Shown: piece after piece, positions 31,660-40,278 of the stretch
Position numbering within the stretch: the stretch's first letter is position 1
How the letters are laid out: each line of letters begins with the position of its first letter
Assembly: GCA_964420325.1 (NCBI GenBank)
Contig: CAYQSU010000002.1
Location: 10,038-74,037, forward strand
Length of the DNA: 64,000 nt
Direction: 5' to 3'
From: an uncultured Rhodospirillaceae bacterium
GTDB taxonomy: Bacteria; Pseudomonadota; Alphaproteobacteria; Rhodospirillales; Defluviicoccaceae
The notes under the pieces: generated by a model
The model's database searches: none
What the model saw: the letters and a program-made list of their open reading frames with translations, nothing else
Told to the model about the DNA's origin: nothing
Program-made: the position numbers and the translations under genes

Positions 31660-32261
31660 CCCAAGTGGATCCCCTGCACCTGCGGCTCCTCGAGGCCGTT
31701 CTCTTCGCCGCGGCCGAGCCGCTGGGGGAGCGGGAGCTCGCCGCCCGCCTGCCTGCCGGCATCGACGTGCGGCCGTTGCTGTCGCGCCTGCAGGCCGAGT
31801 ACCAGGAACGCGGGGTCCACCTGATGCGGATCGGCACGGGCTGGGCGTTTCGCACGGCGCCCGATCTCGGTCCGCTCTTGGCGCACGAGCGTCGCGTCGA
31901 GCGCAAGCTGTCACGGGCGGCACTGGAGACGCTGGCCATCGTCGCCTATCATCAGCCGGTCACGCGGGCGGAGATCGAGGAGATCCGCGGCGTGCAGCTC
32001 AGCAAGGGCACGCTCGACGTGCTCCTCGAGGAGGGGTGGATCCGCCCGCGGGGACGCCGACAGGTGCCGGGGCGGCCAATGACGTGGGGAACCACGGACG
32101 GCTTTCTCGACCATTTCGGGCTCGCCTTGCTCGACGACCTGCCGGCGCTCGAGGAGCTGAGGGCGGCAGGCCTTCTGGACAGCCGTCCAGCGGTCCAGGC
32201 CTACGGGATCGGCGCGGCCGCGGACGAAGCGGAGGGGGACGGGGCCGGACCGGAGAGGTAG
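31656..32261 (+). CDS. scpB: Segregation and condensation protein B
   Basis: The GTG at 31656 overlaps the scpA stop (GTGA); an alternative GTG is at 31665. LEA.LFA...PL and [23 protein letters not shown] motifs are present. Confidence 0.9.
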   Translation: MTQVDPLHLRLLEAVLFAAAEPLGERELAARLPAGIDVRPLLSRLQAEYQERGVHLMRIGTGWAFRTAPDLGPLLAHERRVERKLSRAALETLAIVAYHQPVTRAEIEEIRGVQLSKGTLDVLLEEGWIRPRGRRQVPGRPMTWGTTDGFLDHFGLALLDDLPALEELRAAGLLDSRPAVQAYGIGAAADEAEGDGAGPER

Positions 32262-32352
32262 TGCGGCGGCGTGGCGTTGCGGCTCCCCGGCCTTTCTGCC
32301 ATTATCCGCGGGCAACGGAACGAAAACGAAGGAAGGCAACGAGAACCATCAT

Positions 32353-32604
32353 ATGGGCACATTCAGCATCTGGCACTGGCTGATCGTCCTCGCCGTCGTG
32401 CTGATCCTTTTCGGCGGCAAAGGGAAGATTTCCCAGATCATGGGCGACGTCGGCAAGGGCCTCCGGGCGTTCAAGAAGAGCGTCAAGGACGAGGATGCCG
32501 CAGACGAGCAGCCCGCGGCGATCGAAGACAAGACAACGCTCAGGACAGAGCCTCAACGGTCGACCGAACCGGCTCGCGAAAGAGATCGCGTGGCCAAGTC
32601 CTAG
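32353..32604 (+). CDS. tatA: Twin-arginine translocase subunit TatA
   Basis: 83 aa beginning [26 protein letters not shown], the canonical TatA/E N-terminus. Confidence 0.9.
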   Translation: MGTFSIWHWLIVLAVVLILFGGKGKISQIMGDVGKGLRAFKKSVKDEDAADEQPAAIEDKTTLRTEPQRSTEPARERDRVAKS

Positions 32605-32646
32605 GGCTGTTCGCTTGGCCGACGCCGTCGGGAGCGCGTTTCCGCC

Positions 32647-33069
32647 ATGTTCGACATCGGCTGGCCGGAGCTGTTCGTCATCGCGGTTCTGGCGCTCGTC
32701 GTCATCGGACCGAAGGACCTGCCGCAGGCGCTGCGGGCCGTGATGGCCGTCGTTCGCAAGGCACGCGGCCTTGCCCGTGAATTCCAGCAGGGCGTCGACG
32801 AGATGGTGCGGGAAGCCGAGATCTCGGACATCAAACGCCAGTTCGACCAGGTCAAGCGACTGGATCTGGAGGGAGAGGTGAAGAAGGCGGTCGACCCCGC
32901 GGGCACGCTGACCGAGGATTTCGACCCGGCCGACTTCGCCCGCGAACTCAAGGGGCGCGTCGAAAACGAGACCGCGTCGAAGGCGTTGCCGGCCCCAGAG
33001 AAGGCGGAGGGGGAAAAGAACGCGGCCGCCGGTGAGACGGCGGCGCCGGCAGTCAAGACCGACGGCTAG
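32647..33069 (+). CDS. tatB: Twin-arginine translocase subunit TatB
   Basis: 140 aa beginning MFDIGWPELFVIAVLALVVIGPKDLP, between tatA and tatC. Confidence 0.85.
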   Translation: MFDIGWPELFVIAVLALVVIGPKDLPQALRAVMAVVRKARGLAREFQQGVDEMVREAEISDIKRQFDQVKRLDLEGEVKKAVDPAGTLTEDFDPADFARELKGRVENETASKALPAPEKAEGEKNAAAGETAAPAVKTDG

Positions 33070-33087
33070 ACAAGACATCGCACCGCC

Positions 33088-33900
33088 GTGAAGGACGAAA
33101 ACGTCGAACAGGCCAAGATGCCGCTGATGGAGCACCTCGTCGAGCTGCGTCAGCGCTTGCTGATCAGCCTCGCCGGTCTGCTGGTGCTGTTCTTCGTCTG
33201 TTACTACTTCGCCCCCCACATCTACGGCTTCCTGATGCAGCCGCTGGCCGGCGTCCTCGACGAGTTGGGCGGCCAGCGGCGGATGATCTTCACCGCGCTG
33301 CACGAGGCCTTCTTCACCTACATCAAGGTGGCGTTCTTCGCGGCGCTGTTTCTCGGTTTCCCGATCATCGCGAGCCAGGTGTGGATGTTCGTCGCGCCCG
33401 GGCTCTACCGCCATGAGAAGCGCGCCTTCCTGCCCTTCCTCGTCGCCACGCCGATCCTGTTTTTTGCCGGCGGGGCGATGGTTTACTACCTGATCTTCCC
33501 GCTCGCCTGGGAGTTCTTCCTGAGCTTCGAGTCGGCCGGCGGGGACGGGGCCTTGCCGATCCAGCTCGAGGCCAAGGTCGACCAGTACCTGTCCCTGGTG
33601 ATGCGCCTCATCTTCGCCTTCGGCCTGGTGTTCGAGCTGCCGGTGGTCTTCACGCTGCTGGCGCGGACGGGCATGATCACATCGCAGGGGATGCGGTCGA
33701 AGCGTCGGTACGCCATCGTCCTCGCCTTCGTCGCCGCCGCCATCCTGACCCCGCCCGACGTCATCAGCCAGATCGGCCTCGCCGTGCCGACGGTGCTGCT
33801 CTACGAGATATCGATCCTTTGCGTGCGGATGATCGAGCGCCGGCGGGGCGAAGCCGCCGTCGACGAGCCTGCCGAGCCTGCCGGCTCGGCCGGGGATTGA
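33088..33900 (+). CDS. tatC: Twin-arginine translocase subunit TatC
   Basis: 270 aa with a GTG start, MPLMEHL.ELR.RL and six TM helices in TatC order. Confidence 0.95.
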   Translation: MKDENVEQAKMPLMEHLVELRQRLLISLAGLLVLFFVCYYFAPHIYGFLMQPLAGVLDELGGQRRMIFTALHEAFFTYIKVAFFAALFLGFPIIASQVWMFVAPGLYRHEKRAFLPFLVATPILFFAGGAMVYYLIFPLAWEFFLSFESAGGDGALPIQLEAKVDQYLSLVMRLIFAFGLVFELPVVFTLLARTGMITSQGMRSKRRYAIVLAFVAAAILTPPDVISQIGLAVPTVLLYEISILCVRMIERRRGEAAVDEPAEPAGSAGD

Positions 33901-33930
33901 GCCGGCGCCCGGCGAGCGAGGGGTACAGGC

Positions 33931-34827
33931 ATGTCGCAAGGCATCGCCATCCGAGTCGGCTATCACAAGTGCGGATCCACGCACCTTGGGCACACGGTCT
34001 TTCAGGGTCACTCGCAGATCCGCCACCTGGGCAAGCCCTACGATCGCGCCGATCCGGTCCGCGAACTGATCGAGCGGCTGATGGACCGGCGCGACGGCTT
34101 CGATCTCGCGCGCTGCCGTGCGCTCGTGGAGGACCATGTTCGCCCGCACGCCGACCGGCGTCTGGTGACGCTTTCCGACGGTCGTCTCGCCTTCTGGGCG
34201 CGTACCGCCGACAGCCCGATCCCGCAGCGTCTGTTCGATGTCTTCGGGCCGTGTCGCATCCTGGTGACGATCCGCCGCCACGAGGATTTCGTGAAGTCGC
34301 TGTACGTCCAGCACTTCGGCACCGGCAAGACGGCCCAGGACATCGATCCGTGGCTCGCGGCCAATTGGCGGGAAGGGATCCGCTTCCAGGACTACATCGC
34401 CTTTGCCGGTCTGGTGAGGCGGTTCGCCGAGGTGTTCGGCCGCGAGCGCATTTCAGTGTCCCTGCTCGAACGCTTCGCCGACGACCGGGACGCGCAGGCA
34501 GCCGAGCTCGGCCGCTTTCTCGGCATTGATGGCGCCGAGTTCGCCGCGCTGCTCGCCGCGGCACCCCGGAACCCGCGCATGTCGGTGCTGCAGAGACGGC
34601 TCGGCGGCAAGAAGTCGGCGCCCTACGCCGCCGCCAAGGCGATCGCCCAGCGGCTTCCTCCTCCGGTGCTGCGGGTGGCGGCCGGTCTCACCGGCCACCA
34701 TCGGCGCTACGAGCCCGAGCTCGGTGCGAGGTGGCGAGAGGCGATCCGGGAGGTGGCCCGCGAGGACTCGGCGGCACTTCGCGAACTCTATGATCTGCCG
34801 CTCGCCCGGTATGGCTACGCGGCGTAG
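33931..34827 (+). CDS. Sulfotransferase-fold protein (PAPS-dependent type), substrate unknown
   Basis: 298 aa. Has a 5'-phosphosulfate-binding-loop-like motif (GYHKCGSTHL), a 3'-phosphate-binding-like motif (RILVTIRRHEDFVKSLY), and a later Y.....L......FG...I.V...E.F..D.......L..FLGI pattern as in heparan-sulfate/NodH-type sulfotransferases. Assigned by motif only. Confidence 0.55.
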   Translation: MSQGIAIRVGYHKCGSTHLGHTVFQGHSQIRHLGKPYDRADPVRELIERLMDRRDGFDLARCRALVEDHVRPHADRRLVTLSDGRLAFWARTADSPIPQRLFDVFGPCRILVTIRRHEDFVKSLYVQHFGTGKTAQDIDPWLAANWREGIRFQDYIAFAGLVRRFAEVFGRERISVSLLERFADDRDAQAAELGRFLGIDGAEFAALLAAAPRNPRMSVLQRRLGGKKSAPYAAAKAIAQRLPPPVLRVAAGLTGHHRRYEPELGARWREAIREVAREDSAALRELYDLPLARYGYAA

Positions 34828-34992
34828 GTTCGGCCGCGAGCCAGCGATTCGCGAAGACCCGCCGTCCGGCGCCGGTCTCGCGACCGTCGAGCGGACGTAG
34901 CGCCCGGTGCGCCGGGCCGGCGCCGGCGTCCTTGACCGCGGGCCGGCGTTCGGCTAACCCGCGCCAGGGGTGGCCCGAGGCCTCAACGTACA

Positions 34993-36273
34993 ATGTTCGA
35001 CATCCGCTGGATCCGCGACAATCCGGACGCCTTCGATCGCGGCCTGCGCCGCCGCGGACTGGCGCCGGAGTCTGCACGCATCCTCGCCCTCGATCGGGCG
35101 CGGCGCGAGGCGCTGGCCGAGGCGCAGGCGATCCAGGCGGAGCGCAACCGGCTGTCCCGCGAGATCGGCCGGTGCAAGCAGCAGGGTGAGGACGCCACCG
35201 ATCTGCTCGAGGCCGTGTCCCACTCGAAGGGCCGCGAGGCGGCCGCGGGAGAAAGGGCGGGCGCCGCCGAGGCCGAGCTCGAGGCGGCGCTCGCCACCAT
35301 TCCCAACCTGCCGGCCGACGACGTTCCCGACGGTGCTGACGAAGGCGCCAACGTCGAGATCCGGCGCTGGGGCGAGCCGCCCGATCTGGCGTTTCCGCCG
35401 CAGGAGCATTTCCACATCGGCGAACGGCTCGGGATGATGGACTTCGAGCGCGCCGCCCGGCTCTCCGGCTCCCGGTTCGCAGTTCTGACCGGCGCCCTCG
35501 CCAAGCTCGAGCGGGCACTGGCCGCGTTCATGCTCGACCTGCATACGGGCGAGTTCGGCTACACCGAGGTGAGCCCGCCGGCGCTGGTCCGGGACGCCGC
35601 CCTCTACGGCACCGGCCAGTTGCCGAAGTTCGGAGACGACCTGTTCCGCACCACCGACGGGTTCTGGCTGATCCCGACCGCCGAGGTGCCGCTGACCAAC
35701 CTCGTCGCCGGAGAGATCCTGGACGAGGAGCGGCTGCCGAAGCGGCTCGCCGCGATGACCTGGTGCTTCCGCTCGGAGGCGGGCGCCGCCGGCAAGGACA
35801 CCCGCGGCATGATCAGACAGCACCAGTTCACCAAGGTGGAGCTAGTGAGCATCACCCGCGCCGAGGACTCGGACGCCGAGCTCGAGCGGATGACCGGGTG
35901 CGCCGAGGCGGTTCTGCAATGCCTGGGCCTTGCCTATCGCGTCGTCGCGCTCTGCACCGGCGACATGGGCTTCGCCGCGCGCAGGACCTACGACATCGAG
36001 GTGTGGCTGCCGGGACAGGGGCGCTATCGGGAGATCTCCAGCTGCTCCAACTGCGGCGACTTCCAGGCCCGCCGCATGAACGCCCGCTGTCGCAGGGCGA
36101 ACGAGAAGGGGACGCGCTTCGTGCATACCCTCAACGGCTCCGGTCTCGCGGTCGGGCGGACGCTCGTCGCCGTCCTGGAGAACGGCCAGCGGGCGGATGG
36201 CTCGGTCGCCGTTCCGCATGCACTCAGGCCCTACATGGGCGGGCTCGAGGTGATTTCCGCCGATGATGCATGA
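34993..36273 (+). CDS. serS: Serine--tRNA ligase
   Basis: 426 aa beginning [17 protein letters not shown], with a coiled-coil arm and a class II core ([36 protein letters not shown]). Confidence 0.95.
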   Translation: MFDIRWIRDNPDAFDRGLRRRGLAPESARILALDRARREALAEAQAIQAERNRLSREIGRCKQQGEDATDLLEAVSHSKGREAAAGERAGAAEAELEAALATIPNLPADDVPDGADEGANVEIRRWGEPPDLAFPPQEHFHIGERLGMMDFERAARLSGSRFAVLTGALAKLERALAAFMLDLHTGEFGYTEVSPPALVRDAALYGTGQLPKFGDDLFRTTDGFWLIPTAEVPLTNLVAGEILDEERLPKRLAAMTWCFRSEAGAAGKDTRGMIRQHQFTKVELVSITRAEDSDAELERMTGCAEAVLQCLGLAYRVVALCTGDMGFAARRTYDIEVWLPGQGRYREISSCSNCGDFQARRMNARCRRANEKGTRFVHTLNGSGLAVGRTLVAVLENGQRADGSVAVPHALRPYMGGLEVISADDA

Positions 36274-37045
36274 GCCGTTCGCCCTGGACACCGCGCGGGT
36301 GCTGATCTGCAACGACGACGGAATCTACGCGCCCGGGCTCAGGCTCCTCGAGAAGATCGTGCGTCGCCTGGTTCGCGAGGTCTGGGTGGTCGCCCCGGAC
36401 TCCGAGCAGAGCGCGGCCAGTCATTCCCTGACCATGCGCCGTCCGCTCTACGTGCGGCGGGTGTCGAGACGTCGCTACAGTGTCGACGGCACGCCGACCG
36501 ACAGCGTCCTGCTCGCGATCCACAAGGTGATGAAGGACCGCCCGCCCGACCTCGTGCTCTCGGGCATCAACCGCGGCGGCAACCTGGGAGAGGACGCCGC
36601 CTACTCCGGCACGGTGGCGGCGGCGATGGAAGGGACCTTGCTGGGATTTCGCTCGGTCGCGCTGAGCATGTACTACCTTGACCGGCAAAGCGTCCGCTGG
36701 TCGGTCGCCGAGCGCTGGACCGGCGAGGTGCTGCGGCGCCTCGCGGCGATCCGCTGGCCCGAGTCCGTGCTCATCAACGTCAACTTCCCCGACGTGGCGC
36801 CCGAGGCGGTGATCGGCATCGAGGTCACCCGGCAGGGACGGCGCAAGATCGGCGGCGCCATCGCCGAAGGGGTCGATCCGCGCGGCGAACGCTTCTTCTG
36901 GATCGGCTACGGCCGCCAGGAGGACCGCGACCGCGAGGGCACCGATCTGGAGGCGGTGTTCCGCGGCGCCATCTCGATCACGCCGCTCACCCGCAACCTG
37001 ACCGACGAACCGGCGCTGAGGGCGTTGAAGGCGGTCTTCCCGTGA
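36263..37045 (+). CDS. surE: 5'/3'-nucleotidase SurE
   Basis: 260 aa with [14 protein letters not shown]...........V.VVAP...QSA.SHSLT. Overlaps the serS end by 11 nt. Confidence 0.9.
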   Translation: MMHEPFALDTARVLICNDDGIYAPGLRLLEKIVRRLVREVWVVAPDSEQSAASHSLTMRRPLYVRRVSRRRYSVDGTPTDSVLLAIHKVMKDRPPDLVLSGINRGGNLGEDAAYSGTVAAAMEGTLLGFRSVALSMYYLDRQSVRWSVAERWTGEVLRRLAAIRWPESVLINVNFPDVAPEAVIGIEVTRQGRRKIGGAIAEGVDPRGERFFWIGYGRQEDRDREGTDLEAVFRGAISITPLTRNLTDEPALRALKAVFP

Positions 37046-37683
37046 GCCCCGATTCGCGCAAGATCCGGCTGGTCATGGACCTACGCCGCGCCGGCATCTC
37101 GGACACCCGGGTGCTGGCGGCGATCGAACGCATTCCGCGCGATCTGTTCGCGCCGGAGGCATTCCTCGACAAGGCCTACGAGAACACCGCACTGCCGATC
37201 GGCCGCCACCAGACGATGAGCGCGCCGTTCGTCGTCGCGCTGATGACCCAGGCGCTCGAGGTGAACGAACGAATGAAGGTGCTGGAGGTGGGAACGGGCT
37301 CCGGCTATCAGGCGGCGGTGCTCGCCAGGCTCTGCCGCCGGGTCTACACCATCGAGCGGTATCGCGATCTCCTCGATGCGGCGGAGAAGCGATTCGAAGC
37401 CCTTCGCATCATGAACATCACCGCCAAGGTGGGCGACGGCACCTTCGGCTGGCCGGAGCAGGCCCCGTTTGAGCGCATCATCGTCACCGCCGCGGCCGGG
37501 GACGTTCCGCCGCTGCTTGCGGACCAGCTGGCCCCAGGCGGCATGATGGTCGTCCCCATCGACGACGGGGCCGGCGCGCAAAGGCTGATCCGGGTCCATC
37601 GGACGGACGACGAGATCGACACCGAGGACTTGGGGCCGGTGCGGTTCGTGCCGCTGGTGGCGGGCCGCGCGGGAGACGATTGA
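37042..37683 (+). CDS. pcm: Protein-L-isoaspartate O-methyltransferase
   Basis: The GTG start overlaps the surE stop (GTGA). The SAM-binding motif VLEVGTGSGYQAAVLA and the canonical surE-pcm-nlpD order support the call. Confidence 0.9.
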   Translation: MSPDSRKIRLVMDLRRAGISDTRVLAAIERIPRDLFAPEAFLDKAYENTALPIGRHQTMSAPFVVALMTQALEVNERMKVLEVGTGSGYQAAVLARLCRRVYTIERYRDLLDAAEKRFEALRIMNITAKVGDGTFGWPEQAPFERIIVTAAAGDVPPLLADQLAPGGMMVVPIDDGAGAQRLIRVHRTDDEIDTEDLGPVRFVPLVAGRAGDD

Positions 37684-37717
37684 AGGACGGCTCCGCCTCG
37701 ACGATAATTCCCTGGCG

Positions 37718-38821
37718 ATGACCTTGCTTGCGCCCGCACCATTGCGAAAGGCGGCGATCCTGTTCGCCGTCGCCGCGCTCTCCGGCTGTGGCTTCGCCGA
37801 ATGGCCGCCCACGTCCTCAAGGCGGCCGGTGACGCAGCCGCCGCCAGCGGCGGCTTCGCCGGTCCTCATGGGCCAGCCGCAGGCGCGTCCGTCCGATCCG
37901 GTGCAGACGGCGGCCCTTCCGCCGCCGCGGTCTCCGACGACGGCCGCCGTGCCACCGTCGCCGCCGGTCCAACCGGGAACGGCGCCGACGGCGGTCGTCG
38001 TCGAGTCCGGCGATACCATCTATTCGCTGTCGCGCCGCTACGGCGTGCCGACGCGGGCGATCATCGAGGCCAACGGCCTCGAGCCGCCGTTCCGCCTCAC
38101 CGTCGGCCAGCGCATCGTGCTGCCGAGGCAGCAGGAGCACGTGGTGGCGGGCGGCGAGACCCTGTTCGACATCGCCGGCACGTACGGCGTCGATCCGTAC
38201 GTTCTGGCGAGCGCCAACGGGCTGATCGCTCCCTACCGTCTCCGCGACGGGCAGCGCCTGACGGTGCCCGCGCCCGACCCGGCGTCCCGGCCGCCGGTGC
38301 AGCAGACAGCGGCGCTTGGATCCTCCCTCGGGCCGCCGCCGGCCCCAGCGCCGGCGGAAGCGACGGGGGACGAGCCGGCGCTGGCGGCCATTCCCCGCAT
38401 CGTGCCGTCGGAGCCGGTGGCGAAGCCGCCGCCCGTTTCCGGCCGGGGCTTCGTCTGGCCGGTGAAAGGCAAGATCATCTCGGACTTCGGCCCGAAGGCC
38501 AAGGGCCGCCGGAACGACGGCGTCAACATTGCCGGCCCCCGCGGCACACCCGTCCGCGCGGCAGAGGGCGGAGTCGTCGCTTACGCCGGCAACGAGCTGC
38601 GCGGTTTCGGCAACCTCGTGCTGCTCCGCCATGCAGACGGTTGGGTCACGGCGTATGCCCACAACGACGAACTGCTCGTTCAGCGCGGCGACACCGTCCA
38701 GCGCGGGCAGACGATCGCGAAACTGGGAAGCACGGGAAGCGTCACCGAGCCTCAGCTCCACTTCCAGCTGCGGAAGGGCAAGCAGCCGGTGGATCCGGTC
38801 AAGTATCTGGCGAGCAGCTGA
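37718..38821 (+). CDS. nlpD: LysM-domain M23 peptidase lipoprotein (NlpD-like)
   Basis: Lipobox (AALSGC), a Pro-rich linker, two LysM repeats (DTIYSLSRRYGV......ANGL and ETLFDIAGTYGV......ANGL), and an M23 core (GVNIAG..GTPV.AA..G.V.YAG......GN.V.L.H..G..T.YAH). Confidence 0.85.
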   Translation: MTLLAPAPLRKAAILFAVAALSGCGFAEWPPTSSRRPVTQPPPAAASPVLMGQPQARPSDPVQTAALPPPRSPTTAAVPPSPPVQPGTAPTAVVVESGDTIYSLSRRYGVPTRAIIEANGLEPPFRLTVGQRIVLPRQQEHVVAGGETLFDIAGTYGVDPYVLASANGLIAPYRLRDGQRLTVPAPDPASRPPVQQTAALGSSLGPPPAPAPAEATGDEPALAAIPRIVPSEPVAKPPPVSGRGFVWPVKGKIISDFGPKAKGRRNDGVNIAGPRGTPVRAAEGGVVAYAGNELRGFGNLVLLRHADGWVTAYAHNDELLVQRGDTVQRGQTIAKLGSTGSVTEPQLHFQLRKGKQPVDPVKYLASS

Positions 38822-38838
38822 CCCCGGCCGGTGCCGGC

Positions 38839-39699
38839 TCAGCCATCCAGCCGCTGTCCCAGGCGGCCGGCGAGATCCTGAATGTACTGCCAAGCCACGC
38901 GGCCGGACCGGGCGCCCCGGGTGACCGACCATTCGCGCGCCTCGGCCCGAAGCGTGTCGCGCGGGACGTCGAGCTCGTAGAACCGGGCGTAACCCTCAAC
39001 GATGGCAAAGTAGGTCTCCTGATCGCAGACATGGAAGCCGAGCCAAAGTCCGAAGCGGTCCGAGAGCGACACCTTCTCCTCGACCGCTTCCGCCGGATTG
39101 ATGGCGGTCGAGCGCTCGTTCTCGATCATGTCGCGGGGCATCAGATGGCGGCGGTTCGACGTGGCGTAGAATACGACGGTCTCCGGGCGGCCCTCGATGC
39201 CGCCCTCGAGCACCGCCTTCAGGGACTTGTAGGATGCGTCCCGTCCGTCGAAGGAGAGGTCGTCGCAGAACAGCACGCAGCGACGGGAGGACGCGCGCAG
39301 AGCCGAAAGCAGCTTGGGCAGGGTCGGGGTGTCCTCGCGATGGATCTCGATGAGGGCGAGCGCGTGGGGCAGGTCCGCATTGACCCGCGCATGCACGGCC
39401 TTGACGAGGGAGCTCTTGCCCGTGCCGCGGGCACCCCACAGGAGCGCGTTGTTGGCCGGAAGGCCGCGGGCGAAGCGGAGCGTGTTGTCGAGGAGTATCT
39501 CCCGCTGGCGGTCAATCCCCTGCAGGAGCTCGAGGGCGACGCAGTTGACGCGGGGGACCGCCTCCAGCCGGCTCGCGTCGGCGTGCCAGACGAACGCGTC
39601 GGCATCCGCGAGCGCGGCGCCGCGCGGGACCGGCGGCGCCAGCCGTTCGAGCGCGTCCGCGACCCGCCTGAGGACGGGGGTGAGATCCGGCTCGGACAT
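38839..39699 (-). CDS. DUF815-type ATP-binding protein (AAA-like, Walker A GARGTGKSS)
   Basis: 286 aa with a Walker A motif and a Walker B-like motif (VLFCDDLSF). Divergent from yajC-secDF. Confidence 0.8.
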   Translation of the reverse strand: MSEPDLTPVLRRVADALERLAPPVPRGAALADADAFVWHADASRLEAVPRVNCVALELLQGIDRQREILLDNTLRFARGLPANNALLWGARGTGKSSLVKAVHARVNADLPHALALIEIHREDTPTLPKLLSALRASSRRCVLFCDDLSFDGRDASYKSLKAVLEGGIEGRPETVVFYATSNRRHLMPRDMIENERSTAINPAEAVEEKVSLSDRFGLWLGFHVCDQETYFAIVEGYARFYELDVPRDTLRAEAREWSVTRGARSGRVAWQYIQDLAGRLGQRLDG

Positions 39700-39759
39700 G
39701 TGGCAACCCTATCAGCTCCGTGGCGGCCTGTCACAGCGGGGGAGACAAGGCGTTAGCGT

Positions 39760-39787
39760 TTGCAACCGACGCCCGCGCGGGTATAGT
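39760..39787 (+). promoter_or_regulatory. Putative sigma70-type promoter for yajC-secD-secF (TTGCAA-N16-TATAGT)
   Basis: The hexamers were read directly from the sequence, about 45 nt upstream of the yajC ATG in the divergent 131-nt gap. Confidence 0.4.
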
Positions 39788-39830
39788 CCCGGCCCTACGG
39801 ATCATCACCTGGTCGATCGAGGAGATGTCG

Positions 39831-40247
39831 ATGTTCGTTACGCCGGCCTTCGCACAGGAGGCGGGAGGAGGCGCCGGCCCCGACGGCTTGGCAGCGTTTC
39901 TGCCCATTATTCTGATCTTCGTCGTCTTCTACTTTCTCCTGATCCGCCCGCAGCAGAAGAAGATGAAGCAGCACAAGGAGATGCTCGCGGGGATCCGGCG
40001 CGGCGACAGGGTGGTCACCGGCGGCGGCATCGTCGGCACCGTCACCAAGGTTGTCGACGACAACGAGGTCCAGGTCGAGATCGCCGAGAACATCAGGGTC
40101 CGCGTCCAGCGGGCGTTGATCTCCAGCGTTCTTGCCAAGCCGCAGCCGGCCGGCGAAGGAAAGGACTCGGGTGGCGAAAAGGGCGGCTCCGGTGGTGGCG
40201 AAGAAAAGGGCGGCGGCTCGATGCTGAAGAAGATCCTGGGCCGCTAG
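39831..40247 (+). CDS. yajC: Preprotein translocase subunit YajC, with a Gly/Lys/Glu-rich C-terminal tail
   Basis: ORF trimmed to the ATG at 39831, with GAGGAG 6 nt upstream. YajC core is present (FLPIILIFVVFYFLLIRPQQKK.K.H..ML..I..GD.V.T.GGI.G.V). Confidence 0.85.
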   Translation: MFVTPAFAQEAGGGAGPDGLAAFLPIILIFVVFYFLLIRPQQKKMKQHKEMLAGIRRGDRVVTGGGIVGTVTKVVDDNEVQVEIAENIRVRVQRALISSVLAKPQPAGEGKDSGGEKGGSGGGEEKGGGSMLKKILGR

Positions 40248-40278
40248 AACAGCCAGCCGTAACCGACCGCCGCAACCG

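Noticed and set aside
34931-34959. A possible serS promoter (CTTGAC-N17-CTAACC).
   Set aside because: The -10 element is poor, lacking the invariant final T and with only TA conserved. It is not distinguishable from chance in this gap.
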